Shown here one piece after another: positions 34,076 through 46,202 of a stretch of 64,000 nt of DNA. Every line of letters begins with the position of its first letter. Position 1 is the stretch's first letter. The stretch is taken from contig CATNEN010000038.1 of assembly GCA_950097015.1 (NCBI GenBank), positions 21,948,001 through 22,012,000 on the forward strand, given 5' to 3'. The translations under genes were made by a program, and so were the position numbers. This DNA comes from Macrostomum hystrix (taxonomy: Eukaryota > Animalia > Platyhelminthes). Below the pieces are notes generated by a model. It was not told the origin of the DNA and ran no database searches. It saw only the letters and a list, made by a program, of their open reading frames with translations.

Positions 34076-35531
34076 CCAGTCTAGCTCTGCCAGTTCATCT
34101 GCCGGCTTGCCTTGACTACATGTACATGTATCTGCCGCAGACTGCCGGTCATTGACAGGTGTGTACATGAATATACATGTAACCTTAACATACCCTGGTC
34201 ACTGGACTTGCCTTACTCAAATATCTATATTTATCGAAAAAGCAGTTATTTGTAGCAACATTTTCTATCAGTTTCCTATGTCGCATCTGGTCCTTGATCT
34301 CTGCTATAGGTACATGTATCATTGCGATAATTTTTGTTACACGTATGATTCCACTCTCAAGGTGTCCACAGTGCAGCTGCCACACCCGTCCCTGATGACC
34401 AGTCTCAGCCGGCCTCACTGCCAGCCTGTCTGCCAGTCTCAGTCGGCCTCTCTGCCAGCCTGTCTGCCAGTCTCAGTCGGCCTCTCTGACAACCTATCTG
34501 CCAGTTTCTGCTGCTCTGCCCTGTCTGCTGATTCCTGCTAGCCCCTGACAGCCTATCTTCTGGTCTCTGCAGGTCTCTGCCTTTCCACATTAGTAAGTCA
34601 ATGCTTATTTATGACAAGCTCAGTTCTGTATGACAATTTTATATTTATATTTGAAATTTTGCTCCTCACCATGTTCTTAAGGATCACACGCCTGACACAT
34701 GTATGTCCATATGCCAAGAGATATTTTTCATCAAGCTGGTGATTCCTTCACGGATGTCTCTCTAACATTTGAATTGTCATACCGGAATTACACAGTAGAT
34801 TATATATAGGCTTTTCATTTTGCCGCTTCCAGAACCAGAACCAGATCCATTTTGAGCAGTATAACTTTTTGCGCCTTAGCGGGTGAGATAGATGCTTTGG
34901 AAAATATTTTTTAAAAAAACAGGAAGTTGGCGAAAATCCTGAGAAGAAAAATAATTTTTGTGGGCATGTGAGCAAAAATCGATGTTGTTATTATCTCTTT
35001 TCTTAGAAATTCCAAACTGATTCTGGTTCTGCAATCGGCAAAATGAAAAGCCTAATAGATTATATACATAGTAGAACCGGAACTTTTCCAGTGTACTGTG
35101 CTGAAATTTCCATAGCCGAAAGTGGCTTGCACCATTTTCAACTTCAATCGATTCAAAACTAGGCCATATCAACTTCTAACCTGTTAGCTCACTGGGGCGA
35201 AAAGACTTTGTCTTCATTAACTAGTCTTCGTCACTATGACTGTCTTTGTTCTCATTCGCAAAGATTGTGCTAGCGGACTATAAATACAAGTCTTCGAATT
35301 CACACAATAGAAACTTCTGCGAGTTTTGCTCAGATAAAAATTATTTATAACACTTTAAAAACATGTTTAATGTCATTGGTAGTTTGTTTTCTCGTAATAA
35401 TATATTTCTTTTTATTCAGTTAGTTACAAGTGATTGCATGCAAGAATAAATCGGTACCCTGTTGTTCAGCCTTTTAAAAAGGTGCTCCTTAACACATTAT
35501 TAAGAATCTCCCCAATTCATAAATCAATTAA

Positions 35532-37050
35532 CACCTCATGACACATTCCACCACCTCATGACATATTCTACCACCTCATGACACATTCCACCACCTGATG
35601 ACACATTCTACCACCTCATGACACATTCCACCACCTGATGACACATTCCACCACCTCATGACACATTCTACCACCTCATGACACATTCCACCACCTCATG
35701 ACACATTCCACCACCTCATGACACATTCCACCACCTCATGACACATTCTACCACCTCATGACACATTCCACCACCTCATGACACATTCCACCACCTCATG
35801 ACACATTCCACCACCTGATGATACATTCCACCACCTCATGACACATTCCACCACCTGATGACACATTCCACCACCTCATGACACATTCTACCACCTCATG
35901 ACACATTCCACCACCTCATGACACATTCCACCACCTCATGACACATTCCACCACCTCATGACACATTCCACCACCTCATGACACATTCCACCACCTCATG
36001 ACACATTCCACCACCTCATGACACATTCCACCACCTCATGACACATTCTACCACCTCATGACACATTCCACCACCTCATGACACATTCCACCACCTCATG
36101 ACACATTCCACCACCTCATGACACATTCTACCACCTCATGACACATTCTACCACCTGATGACACATTCCACCACCTCATGACACATTCTACCACCTCATG
36201 ACACATTCCACCACCTCATGACACATTCCACCACCTCATGACACATTCCACCACCTCATGACACATTCCACCACCTCATGACACATTCCACCACCTCATG
36301 ACACATTCCACCACCTCATGACACATTCCACCACCTCATGACACATTCTACCACCTCATGACACATTCCACCACCTCATGACACATTCCACCACCTCATG
36401 ACACATTCCACCACCTCATGACACATTCTACCACCTCATGACACATTCTACCACCTCATGACACATTCCACCACCTCATGACACATTCCACCACCTGATG
36501 ATACATTCCACCACCTCATGACACATTCCACCACCTGATGACACATTCCACCACCTCATGACACATTCTACCACCTCATGACACATTCCACCACCTCATG
36601 ACACATTCTACCACCTCATAACACATTCCACCACCTCATGACACATTCTACCACCTCATGACACATTCTACCACCTCATGACACATTCTACCACCTGATG
36701 ATACATTCCACCACCTCATGACACATTCCACCACCTGATGATACATTCCACCACCTGATGACACATTCCACCACCTCATGACACATTCCACCACATACTG
36801 ACACATTCTACCAACTCATGACACATTCCACCACCTGATGACACATTCCACCACCTCATGACACATTCTACCACCTCATGACACATTCCACCACCTCATG
36901 ACACATTCTACCACCTCATGACACATTCTACCACCTCATGACACATTCTACCACCTCATGACACATTCTACCACCTCATGACACATTCTACCAACTCATG
37001 ACACATTCCACCACCTCATGACACATTCTACCAACTCATGTGACACATTC
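35532..37050. repeat. 20-bp minisatellite (ACACATTCCACCACCTCATG), ~75 copies
   Basis: Direct periodicity. Confidence 0.97.
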
Positions 37051-37291
37051 TACATTCTATATTCATTTTACTAACTTAAAACAGCTTCTAGCAGATACAA
37101 TATAAAGAAATATAAAACGTCTGTAAAGATACAATAGCTACACCCGTGAATTGCTTTTTATTTCTCAGCATTGGCCGAACTGCATAGTAAAAATACAAAA
37201 CAATAGACAAACTGTACAAGCATAAAATGAGTCCTCAGAATCCCATAGTTTATGGAAATATCCGAGAAAATGAGCTAGAATAAAACAGACA

Positions 37292-39791
37292 TCACACAAT
37301 GCAACGGACATTGAAATCTTCGGTCACCAGAGGAAAATTCTTCACCCGTCGCCTGTCCCGTCGCTTCGCCGAGCCCGAACCAGTTGTCGATTTTCTTCTA
37401 ATTGGCGTCGCTGTCTGCTTGTCGACAATGGACACTGGAGCGACTGTCGGCTCCGGGTAGAGCATGTCGCTGGGCAGGCCAGCTGGATGTCGGTGAGCTT
37501 TACTGGCTAAGTGAAGCTGACAGCTAAGGTAGGACCGAGTCTCCCAGGTGTCGTCCAGTTGATAGAACTGCACAATGCTGCGCGCGGTTTCTTCGCGCCG
37601 GCTGCAGCTTTCGTTGTCTTCGTCGTCGTCGGCGGTGCCGTGGTGCCGCTGCTGCTGACGCTGGCACTCGAGCAGTTGGCGTCGCAGCTTCCTATTCTGG
37701 CGTAGTAGCTGCTGGAACTGCCGCTGCTGCTGTTGCTGCTGAATTGTGGCCTGCTTCAGAATTTTGACGTCATTGACAGACAACGTCGGGGTAGATAGCG
37801 GCGTTGAAGATGTCGACTCCGATGCTGTTGTTGACGATGGTGATGGCGAAGTTTCCTGTCTTGCTGGCGGATCTGGAGGACTGTTAAAGTTAAACGGGGA
37901 TTCGTTTGAAACTTAGACAAGGACCACTTGGTGTTAAAACGTTTTGGAGTCTGGTTTCCGCCGAAAAGTACACTGCAATACTGTCTCTAGAAGATGTCCC
38001 AAGAGGTGCTAGAATATGTCTCAGGAGGTGCTAGAAGATGTCCCAGGAGGTGCTAGAAGATGTCCCAGGAGGTGCTAGAATATGTCCCAAGAAGTTTCAA
38101 AGATATATCTGCTGCCACTGACCCTTGTTGAGCACTCGCGGCCTCTGACTGTGTCGCGAGTCCGAAAGCTGGGCGCAGCCGCCGATTGCACCGGGCATTG
38201 TTATGCTCCGATGGCGACTTCAAATACGCCGCCGTTCGAGCACCCTGAGTTGACGTCAGGCTGATCAGCAGTGGCAGCTGCAGTGCCAGGACGCAGGTCA
38301 GCTCTGCCAGATGGTTGCTATTCTGCAGCGATAACATCAGCGACCAAGGAGCCAGAATTGCAGCTGAAGCCAGCCAGGAGGTCACCGAAATTAGAATGCC
38401 GATGTTGTCCGCCAGAGCCGGTAGAGCGTCGGCGGCGTCGCGAGAGGCCCAAGCGGCGACCAGGCACGCTGCGGCGACAATTAGTTGCCAAGAAACTAGA
38501 CTGGACTGCAGCAACAGCTGTAGGTGGCTCTGAATGGTTAGAGAAAAGTAGATGTGCAAATGATAAATATGAGACAGCCGGGATGAGACAATGAGGTGAG
38601 ATAATTATATGAAAGAGCAGGTAAGACAGATACGATTACAGGTGAGACATATGGGATAACAGCTGAGAAAGATGGGACAACAGGTGAGACAGATGGGACA
38701 ACAGGTGAGACAGATGGGACAACAGGTGAGACAGATGGGACAACAGGTGAGACAGATGGGACAACAGGTGAGACAGATGGGACAACAGGTGAGACAGATG
38801 GGATAACAGGTGAGATATTTGACAGCTGCATGAGTTGACTGGTATCCTCGCACCTGTTTTAAGTGCGGCAGCAGCAGCCGTAGGCAGCAGACAATCAAGG
38901 CATTCGGCAACGCGGCGGCCAGCGCCAGAGCCGCTAATCCGGCGTCTTTGGTCAGCAGCAGCCGCCAGACCGACTTCTTCCATGGGCAGCAGCGGCCGTT
39001 TTTCGATCGACCGCGCCAGCTGGTTACGCGAAACGCCAACCAGGCGCGACCGCATTTGGCTCCGACGCATCCAACAGCTAGGCCGATGCCGACTCCAGCC
39101 AGTGCGGCCTGGGCTAGGCGCTGCTCCGCTGCTGACAAACTGCTCGTTGACTTATCAGCAGCGGCGGCGGCGGCTGCGGGCAGAGCGGAGGCTGCGAGCA
39201 CCAAAGCGTGGCCAGCCAATGCCAGCAGGTTAATGCGTGGGCTGGTCATCCTGACGAATCTGCAAGACGTGCGGGGCACTCAACGGTTTGCCAAGTGTCA
39301 GACACACTGTTGGGTGTCAGGGGTGCCTGTTGGGTGTCAGGAGTGGCTGTTGGGTGTCAGGAGTGGCTGTTGGGTGTCAGAAGTAGCTGTTGGGTGTCAG
39401 GAGTGGCTGTTGGGTGTCAGGAGTGGCTGTTGGGTGTCAGAAGTAGCTGTTGGGTTGTCAGGAGTGGCTGTTGGGTGTCAGAAGTAGCTGTTTGGTGTGA
39501 GGAGTGGCTGTTTGGTGTGAGGAGTGGCTGTTTGGTGTGAGGAGTGGCTGTTTGGTGTGAGGAGTGGCTGTTTGGTGTGAGGAGTGGCTGTTGGGTGTCA
39601 GGAGTGGCTGTTGGGTGTCAGGAGTGGCTGTTGGGTGTCAGAGACGACAAAGTCACGATAACTTACCTTTCATTTCTCCAGACAATATTGAAAACAGCCA
39701 GCAGACAAATCATGACGGCATTGATGACACTAAGTATGCCAAAAACACACAAAACTACCGGATCGCGAAATGACGCTGTTGTCACTGTCAT
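37292..39791 (-). CDS. Class C GPCR, GABA-B receptor/GPR156-like, lacking the Venus-flytrap domain; exons 39791-39667, 39259-38854, 38529-38123, 37880-37292 (~508 aa)
   Basis: All three GT-AG junctions are phase-consistent. Motifs FNIVWRNERFVRMTSPRINLL (cf. GABA-B FNIKNRNQK.IKMSSP..N), AKCGRAW (cf. AKTWRV), AAWASR...PALAD (cf. LAWETR...PALND); C-terminal coiled coil. TATA (~39885) and CCAAT (~39912) upstream. Confidence 0.8.
37987..38095. repeat. 22-bp minisatellite in intron 3 of the class C GPCR
   Basis: CTAGAAGATGTCCCAGGAGGTG units. Confidence 0.85.
38635..38818. repeat. 21-bp minisatellite in intron 2 of the class C GPCR
   Basis: GGGACAACAGGTGAGACAGAT units. Confidence 0.9.
39305..39641. 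repeat. 20-bp minisatellite in intron 1 of the class C GPCR
   Basis: GGAGTGGCTGTTGGGTGTCA units. Confidence 0.92.
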
Positions 39792-40504
39792 CTCTTGACG
39801 TTTGCTGAATGGCTGCAAGTAAAGTTATATTCTAGCAAAGTTCAAAGAAAGGGCACACGAGTCTTGGTTAAAGCAGCGGTCTTTATACGCGGGCGTGGCC
39901 ATGAGATCGCCATTGGTCCGAGTCACTAAACAGCATGTTATTAGTCGAGGATCACACAGCCAATAGGAAGGGGCCTCTATTTTGCGGTCGCACGTTAAAA
40001 TTTCAAGCCGTTTTTCAAAGGTGCGAACCGTTTAGTGTTATCACCTCTGGCATCCAAAATGTCCGATAAAAATGCCTGTCTCATCAGTTAGCGTCGGGTA
40101 ACGGCTTAACACCTTTTACGATTGTGAGAGGAAGATGAATTTGGCCCGTTATGAATTTACGCATTAAAGAAAGCTAGGCTATGATTTTAATTTCACCTTA
40201 ACTTATTAGCACCTTGACAAAGCTAGCGCCTCCATTTCGTGGAAGCTTAGATTAATTATGTAATCAATCGTCGCTGCTTTTGATAAAGATAATACTCGTA
40301 GATTCATGTACTGTAATACCTGCTTATCTTATCTCTTATCATTGCTTGATGAAGACCCAGGTGTGCCATTACAACACAGTTTTCATTCGACATTTCCATA
40401 TTTTATCACCCTTTAAAATACTCTGGAGTTTTTTGAGAGTTGAGAAGGGAGCACCCTTCTCAATAATTATCACACACACCTACCCAGCATCAGGTAGGTG
40501 TGTC

Positions 40505-40805
40505 CCTCCCCTGTCTCATCTCTACCCTGTCTTATCTCTCGTCTTATCTCTCCCCTGTCTTTTCTCTCGTCTTATCTCTCCCCTCTCTTATCTGTCTCTT
40601 GTCTTATCTCTCCCCTGTCTCATCTCTACCCTGTCTCATCTCTCCCCTATCTCATCTCTCCCCTATCTCATCTCCCCCTGTCTCATCTCTCCCCTGTCTC
40701 ATCTCTCCCCTATCTCAGCTCTACCCTGTCTCATCTCTACCCTGTCTTATCTCTCCCCTGTCTCATCTATCCCCTGTCTCATCTCTCCCCTGTCTCATCT
40801 CTCAT
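40505..40805. repeat. 16-bp minisatellite (CCCCTGTCTCATCTCT)
   Basis: Direct periodicity; related to 19165-19785. Confidence 0.9.
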
Positions 40806-41005
40806 CAAATTTTGAAGCCTGCACCCTGAAATCTCCTAAAATCTTCGGGGGCCTATGAAATTTGACCCGCCATCAGAAATTTAAACCAGTTTTAATTGCA
40901 ACGAATAACAACTAGACTTCCATTTCAGTCAAAAGAGATGGATGAGGTGATAATATATTGTTGCTATAAGGATCGGTTTTTTAAACATTAAAAAAACTGT
41001 TTTTT

Positions 41006-41280
41006 AGAGATCCACCTGCCACTCCAGAAATCCCACTGCTTCTCCAGAGATCCCACTGCTTCTCCAGAAATCCCACTGCTTCTCCAGAGATCCCACTGAC
41101 TCTCCAGAGATCCCAGTGCCTCACTAGAGATCCCACTGCCTCACTAGAGATCCCAGTGCCTCACTAGAGATCCCACTGCCTCACTAGAGATCCCACTGCC
41201 TCACTAGAGATCCCACTGCCTCACTAGAGATCCCCCTGCCTCACTAGAGATCCCACCGCCACTCCAGACATCCTACTGTT
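41006..41280. repeat. 20-bp minisatellite (AGAGATCCCACTGCCTCACT)
   Basis: Direct periodicity. Confidence 0.9.
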
Positions 41281-41599
41281 TTTTTCATCCTACTGCTCAT
41301 CCAGCATTAATGGCTGCAGAGCTGAAGTCATTAGCGTTTTGAAGGAGAAATCAACAAACACAAAAATAAAGTGTCGAATGAACTTTACTCGTATTTGAGC
41401 TCAGTAGCATCCAAAACCGAGTTTTTTCAGGGAAGCATTTTTCAGAATTCGACCTGCTCACGATCGATACAAGGAAAATGCGTTTATTTGTATTTCACAC
41501 TGAGAAAAAACGTAATTTAAGCCTGTGTGCCAGACAACAATAAGCTTGATCAATAAGCATAATTTGAGACTCCAATAAAGGGCGTACCAATCAAACTGG

Positions 41600-41970
41600 A
41601 TCTGGGTCAATGAGTCAGTCAACCGGGTCAATGAGTCAGTCATCTGGGTGAATGAGTCAGTGAGTAAGTCATCTGGGTCAATGAGTCAGTGAGTAAGTCA
41701 TCTGGGTCAATGAGTCAGTAGTCAGTCATCTGGGTCAATGAGTCGGTAATCAGTCATCTGGGTCAATGAGTCAGTAATCAGTCATCTGGGTCAATGAGTC
41801 AGTAGTCAGTCATCTGGGTCAATGAGTCAGTAGTCAGTCATCTGGGTCAATGAGTCAGTAGTCAGTCATCTGGGTCAATGAGTCAGTGAGTCAGTCATCT
41901 GGGTCAATGAGTCAGTGAGTCAGTCATCTGGGTCAATGAGTCAGTGAGTCAGTCATCTGGGTCAATGAGG
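41600..41970. repeat. 28-29-bp minisatellite (GTCATCTGGGTCAATGAGTCAGT...) overlapping the CTU2 stop codon
   Basis: Direct periodicity. Confidence 0.9.
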
Positions 41971-44352
41971 CATTCTTCCAGCACCGCCCGCTTTGAGCAG
42001 CCATTGAGCAGCACGCAGCAGCTGTAGCAGTACCGACGGTTCGGCCCCTGACTATCGACATTATCGCCCGCAAAGGCCAAAGAGTCCTTGACCCCGTAAC
42101 CGTTGTCAGCTAACGGTCGCCTGTCGAGCCGTTCAGACAAACGGAGCGCACGCAGCGCGTTGCAGCCGTCGGAGATTTCGCCATCGCCGTCCAGTGCCGA
42201 CAGGCCGCAGGCCAGGCAGGCTGAGGTCATCGCAGTCTGGGAGGCTTCACCGCCAGGACTGTCGGACTGCAGTTTCTCGCCAGTGCGTAGAATGTTGTAG
42301 ACTGTGGCCGGAAATGACTGTCGCAATGGCATAATGGGGAGGTTGCTAACTTATCAACAATTGAGCTTGAGGACTGCGAATCGTGGGGATTGAGTACTGT
42401 GGATCATGGGGATAAAGAATCATGGGATTGAGAATGGGGATTGGAGATTGCAAATCATGGGGATTCAGAATCGAGGGGATAAAGAACCATGGGGATTCAG
42501 ATTCGATGGGATTGAGAATCATGAAGATTCAGAATCAAGGGGATTGAGAAACAAGGGGATTCAGAATCGAGGGATTAAGAATCATGGGGATTCAGAACCG
42601 AGGGGATTAGGAATCATGGGGATTCAGAATCGAGGGATTAAGAATCATGGGGGATTCAGATTCGAGGGGATTGAGAATCATGAAGATTCAGAATCGAGGA
42701 ATTAAGAATCATGGGGATTCAGAATCGAGTGGATCAAGAATCATGGGGATTCAGAATCGAGTGGATTAAGAATCATGGGGATTCAGAACCGAGGGGATTA
42801 AGAATCATGGGGATTCAGAATCGAGGGATTAAGAATCACGGGGATTCAGAACCGAGGGGATTGAGAATCATGGGGATTGCGAATCGGGGAATAAAAGGCC
42901 GCTCCCACCTGTTGCAGGCTGCCCAGAAAGTCGGCAATCACTCCGGGAATGCCCCCGCCGTCGCTATTGGCTAGCGGACTGTCTGGATCGTCAGGCCGCT
43001 GACAGACAGGTTGCAAGCCAGCCAGTCTGTTTAACATGGCGGCCTCCATTGACAATAGCTGGCGCAGGGGTCGAACCCGCGACGCACCGCCGATTTCGCA
43101 ACTAAAGGCGCCAGAATCGGCGCTTATCCGGCCGTGGGCAAGACTGCGTAGCGACAGCTCGGCTAGGCGGCTGGCCGTCTCACCAGTCAGTACGCGGCTG
43201 CAGTTTAGCTGACGGCTGGCAAGGGCTAGGCATCTGTGCAGCGCCCGGTGCTGCAGCTCGCGCCAACCAGTGCTGCAAGTTGGCGGAGAGAGTTTAGGAG
43301 TGGTTTGAAGGGTTAGGGAAGGGTTTGAAGGGTTAGGGAAGGGTTTGAAGGGTTAGGGAAGGATTTGAAGGGTTAGGGAAGGATTTGAAGGGTTAGGGAA
43401 GGGTTTGAAGGTTTAGGGAAGGATTTAAAGGGTTAGGGAAGGATTTGAAGGGTTAGGGAAGGATTTAAAGGGTTAGGGAAGGGTTTAAAGGGTCAGGGAA
43501 GGATTTGAAGTGCCAGGGAAGGGTTTAAAGGGTCGGGGAATGGTTTAAAAGGTTAGGGACGTATTGAAGGGTCAGGGAAGGATCTGAAGGGTCAGGGAAG
43601 GATTTGAAGGGTCAGGGAAGGATTTGAAGGGTTTAAAGCGTTAGGGAAGGATTTGAAAGGTCTGGGAATTATTTATAGGATCTCAAAGAAGCTCAAAGGT
43701 TCACGAAGGACACGGAACGCTCGAAGTCATAATGGCAAGTTTAAAGAGAAGCAAAGCGTGTTAAAACCTGTCATTCATGGCGCCAAGCGCTTCAGTAAGT
43801 GCGGGCAGCAACTGGATTGCATTAAAGCAGTGGCGCTTAAACTCTGCAGGCAGCTGGGCTTCTAGCTTAGCTAGCACAGCTGACCGACGCTCCGACAGTG
43901 GGCCGCTCGCATTTCTCTCGCCGAATAGTTCAGCGAAGTCGACGTAGACAAAGACGGGTGTGAAGCGCAACTTCCGGTGCGTCGTCTCAGCCAGGCCCTG
44001 TTAGATGGAAAATTCATTGTCATACCGTTTCTGTACATTGGGATTTGGATTGCAATAACGCTACCTGTTTAATTAGCCATAGTAGGGCGCATGCTCCGTT
44101 GCCGCCCGAAAAAGCCACGAGCACCCGCTCGCCCGCCCTTATTAATTGGCTCTTCCCGAAGCCAGCCCGAAACTGATGCGTACAATAGGCTAGGTAGCAT
44201 TGGCGGCACACAGCCTGGGCGGTGCGAACTCGAACAATTGGCGGGCAGTTCTGTTGGCGACATTTTTCGCAGCACGATGGCATCAAGGAGGCCGACAGCT
44301 GGCGCCTGGTGGCGAGTACTGCCGCCTCTTCAGCTGTCAAATCTGGGTCACA
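41949..44352 (-). CDS. CTU2: Cytoplasmic tRNA 2-thiolation protein 2; exons 44352-44065, 43997-43768, 43272-42909, 42317-41949 (~417 aa with an added Met)
   Basis: CEKC...CRQC...HQFRAGFGKSQLIRAGERVLVAFSGG; RKLRFTPVFVYVD; VLTGETASRLAELSLRSLAHGR; RPLRQLLSMEA; FPATVYNILRTGEKL; CLAC and CYSC; splice phases consistent. Confidence 0.88.
42378..42892. repeat. ~31-bp minisatellite in CTU2 intron 3
   Basis: GAATCATGGGGATTCAGAATCGAGGGATTAA variants. Confidence 0.9.
43295..43665. repeat. 20-bp G-rich minisatellite in CTU2 intron 2
   Basis: GGGTTAGGGAAGGATTTGAA units. Confidence 0.9.
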
Positions 44353-44689
44353 CTGGAAATCGGAATGATGCGCATGACCGCCTACTATGAGTAGAGCCAG
44401 AGAAAAATTTTGACAGAAGCTAACATTTTGAAAATGGCGACAGTAGCTAGAGAACTGAATGTCAAAGCAAAATATAGATATATCTAGAACCGCAAATTTC
44501 TTATTAGAGTATGGCTAGAAAGTCTGGCTGCAAGGTCAGGGAGTTTAAATCTCAGCCCACAGTAAAAAAAATTTGCCACATCTATCAGAGCCAACAGTTA
44601 CCAATAGTCTAAGTCAGAGTCATAAGTGGCATGTTTTCTATTTTAACAATATTAATAATTGATTTCACCTGCCTCAATTTGGCCACATG

Positions 44690-44853
44690 TGCAACAGCAC
44701 AGCCACAGCTATTGTGTAGTGGATTCAAAGGCTATGTACAGCTTTTTAGTCCATGGACACCACACCCACCCTCAAAGGACACAAATTGTTCCAGTGGAGT
44801 CAGGAATCAAACCCCAAACCTTCAAGTTGTGAGGCTAATGCTCTAATCATTGG
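44690..44853 (-). mobile_element. Degenerate tRNA-derived SINE, related to 63655-63836
   Basis: Shared blocks GTACAGCT..TAGTCCATGGAC, CACACCC and AAATTGTTCCAGTGGAGT; B-box-like sequence on the minus strand. Confidence 0.55.
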
Positions 44854-46202
44854 GTTAAAAATCTCATTTCTATTTTAGTATAATTGTCAAAAGTACAATT
44901 TAGCATTTTTATAAAGAGAATATTACAAACAATAGTAGAGCTAAACTTTTATAACCTTGAATGAAAAAGGAAGTCCTGCTTTTTCTGATCAATTGTAGAA
45001 ATAGATTTTTCACTGATGATTTTTTAAAAATCCTATATTGATTATAACAAAAAACATTTGATATGGCCTTTTTAAATTTAATTTATGTAGACTTATTATG
45101 GACAATAATCTTTCTATTAGGCCTTTTTTCTAAATCTGTTATTGTCTTTATAGTCTTCTGTAGTCTATTCTAGGCTACACAGACCAATTCATTGATTTTA
45201 AGTATTAGTTCACTAAATTAAATAGTTACCAAAATGCTTTGTTCCATTTTGAGTTCCCAAATTTGGAAGATAATTCTTACTTCCACTGCCTATGGTCCAT
45301 GGAGAGAACAGCAATATAGACTTTGGAAGTCTAGGCCTAATAGCTACACATGTGCTGTGCCAACAGGCTATACACATGGCCCTACTAAGCTAAGCTAGAT
45401 ATTAGAGGCATAAGAAATCAACATTTTGGTCAAGATTTGAGATTTGAGACAAGTCTAGAATCTAACTCGAGACATTTCAAGACAAGACGAAAAAAAATTG
45501 CAAATATATATAATTAAGCCAAAGAAGGTTGGTTAGGTCAGGCCTGCAGCTAGCCTACTCAACCAAGAAGCTGTCTAGTTTAGTTCAGTAAGCCCAGTAG
45601 TAGAAGTTAGGTCTATCATTTAAATCCCAATTAGAATTGTATTGGAAACAAGAATTTTATTTTCCTCTCAAATAAGTTAGCTGTTTGTATATTTGTATTC
45701 AGCAGGACAGGCAGTTAGGGTGGCACAGACAAATTAAACACATGAGAGGGATCAACGACAACAAGCCACATTTTGGTTCCGTTTTTTATTTTAATGCCAA
45801 GCCTACACTAGGCCAACACAACAGAACGAATATCAGGCCACTACTTTAAAAAACTAATTAGTTGGCCAGTTACTGGTAGGTAGGCTAAGGAAAATGACAT
45901 GACTCGGGTAGACTTGCAAATATGTCTGTTTACTTTAGCCAGTGTTTCACTAATAATTGATCCAATCATTTGTGGATCTTTTTAACAATAAAATACTAAT
46001 AAGCCGACATGAACATATCTTGAGAATTAAGTGTTCAATATGCGCTATCGGTAGCTAGCTGGCTAATAGGAAGTCGTGTAACTAGTGTAGTATCTTCATA
46101 TTGATGAGCTTATTAAGCTTATTATTATTCCTTAGATAAACCAAATACCAATAGAAGAAAAAACGAGACACTTCGTTTCCTGGAAAATTTATTAATAGGC
46201 CG

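Larger units (their letters stand above)
20035..35225 (+). mobile_element. Helitron2/Helentron-type rolling-circle transposon with an internal 5.8-kb tandem duplication
   Basis: Subterminal inverted repeats CCCCAGTGAGCT (20037-20048) and AGCTCACTGGGG (35186-35197); the latter is followed by hairpin AAGAC-TTT-GTCTT and CTAGT (35221-35225); GCGAAGC-loop hairpins at the left end; RepHel ORF. Exact terminal bases are approximate. Confidence 0.85.

Noticed and set aside
35532-37050. CTGATGA in some satellite units suggesting hammerhead ribozymes
   Set aside because: No GAAA core or flanking stems; the same check failed for the minus-strand CTGATGA near 40085
38948-39487. Plus-strand GC-rich ORFs overlapping the class C GPCR exons
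   Set aside because: Antisense shadows of the minus-strand gene running into intronic repeats
43295-43665. TTAGGG-containing array as an interstitial telomere
   Set aside because: TTAGGG is embedded singly in a 20-bp unit, not tandem hexamers
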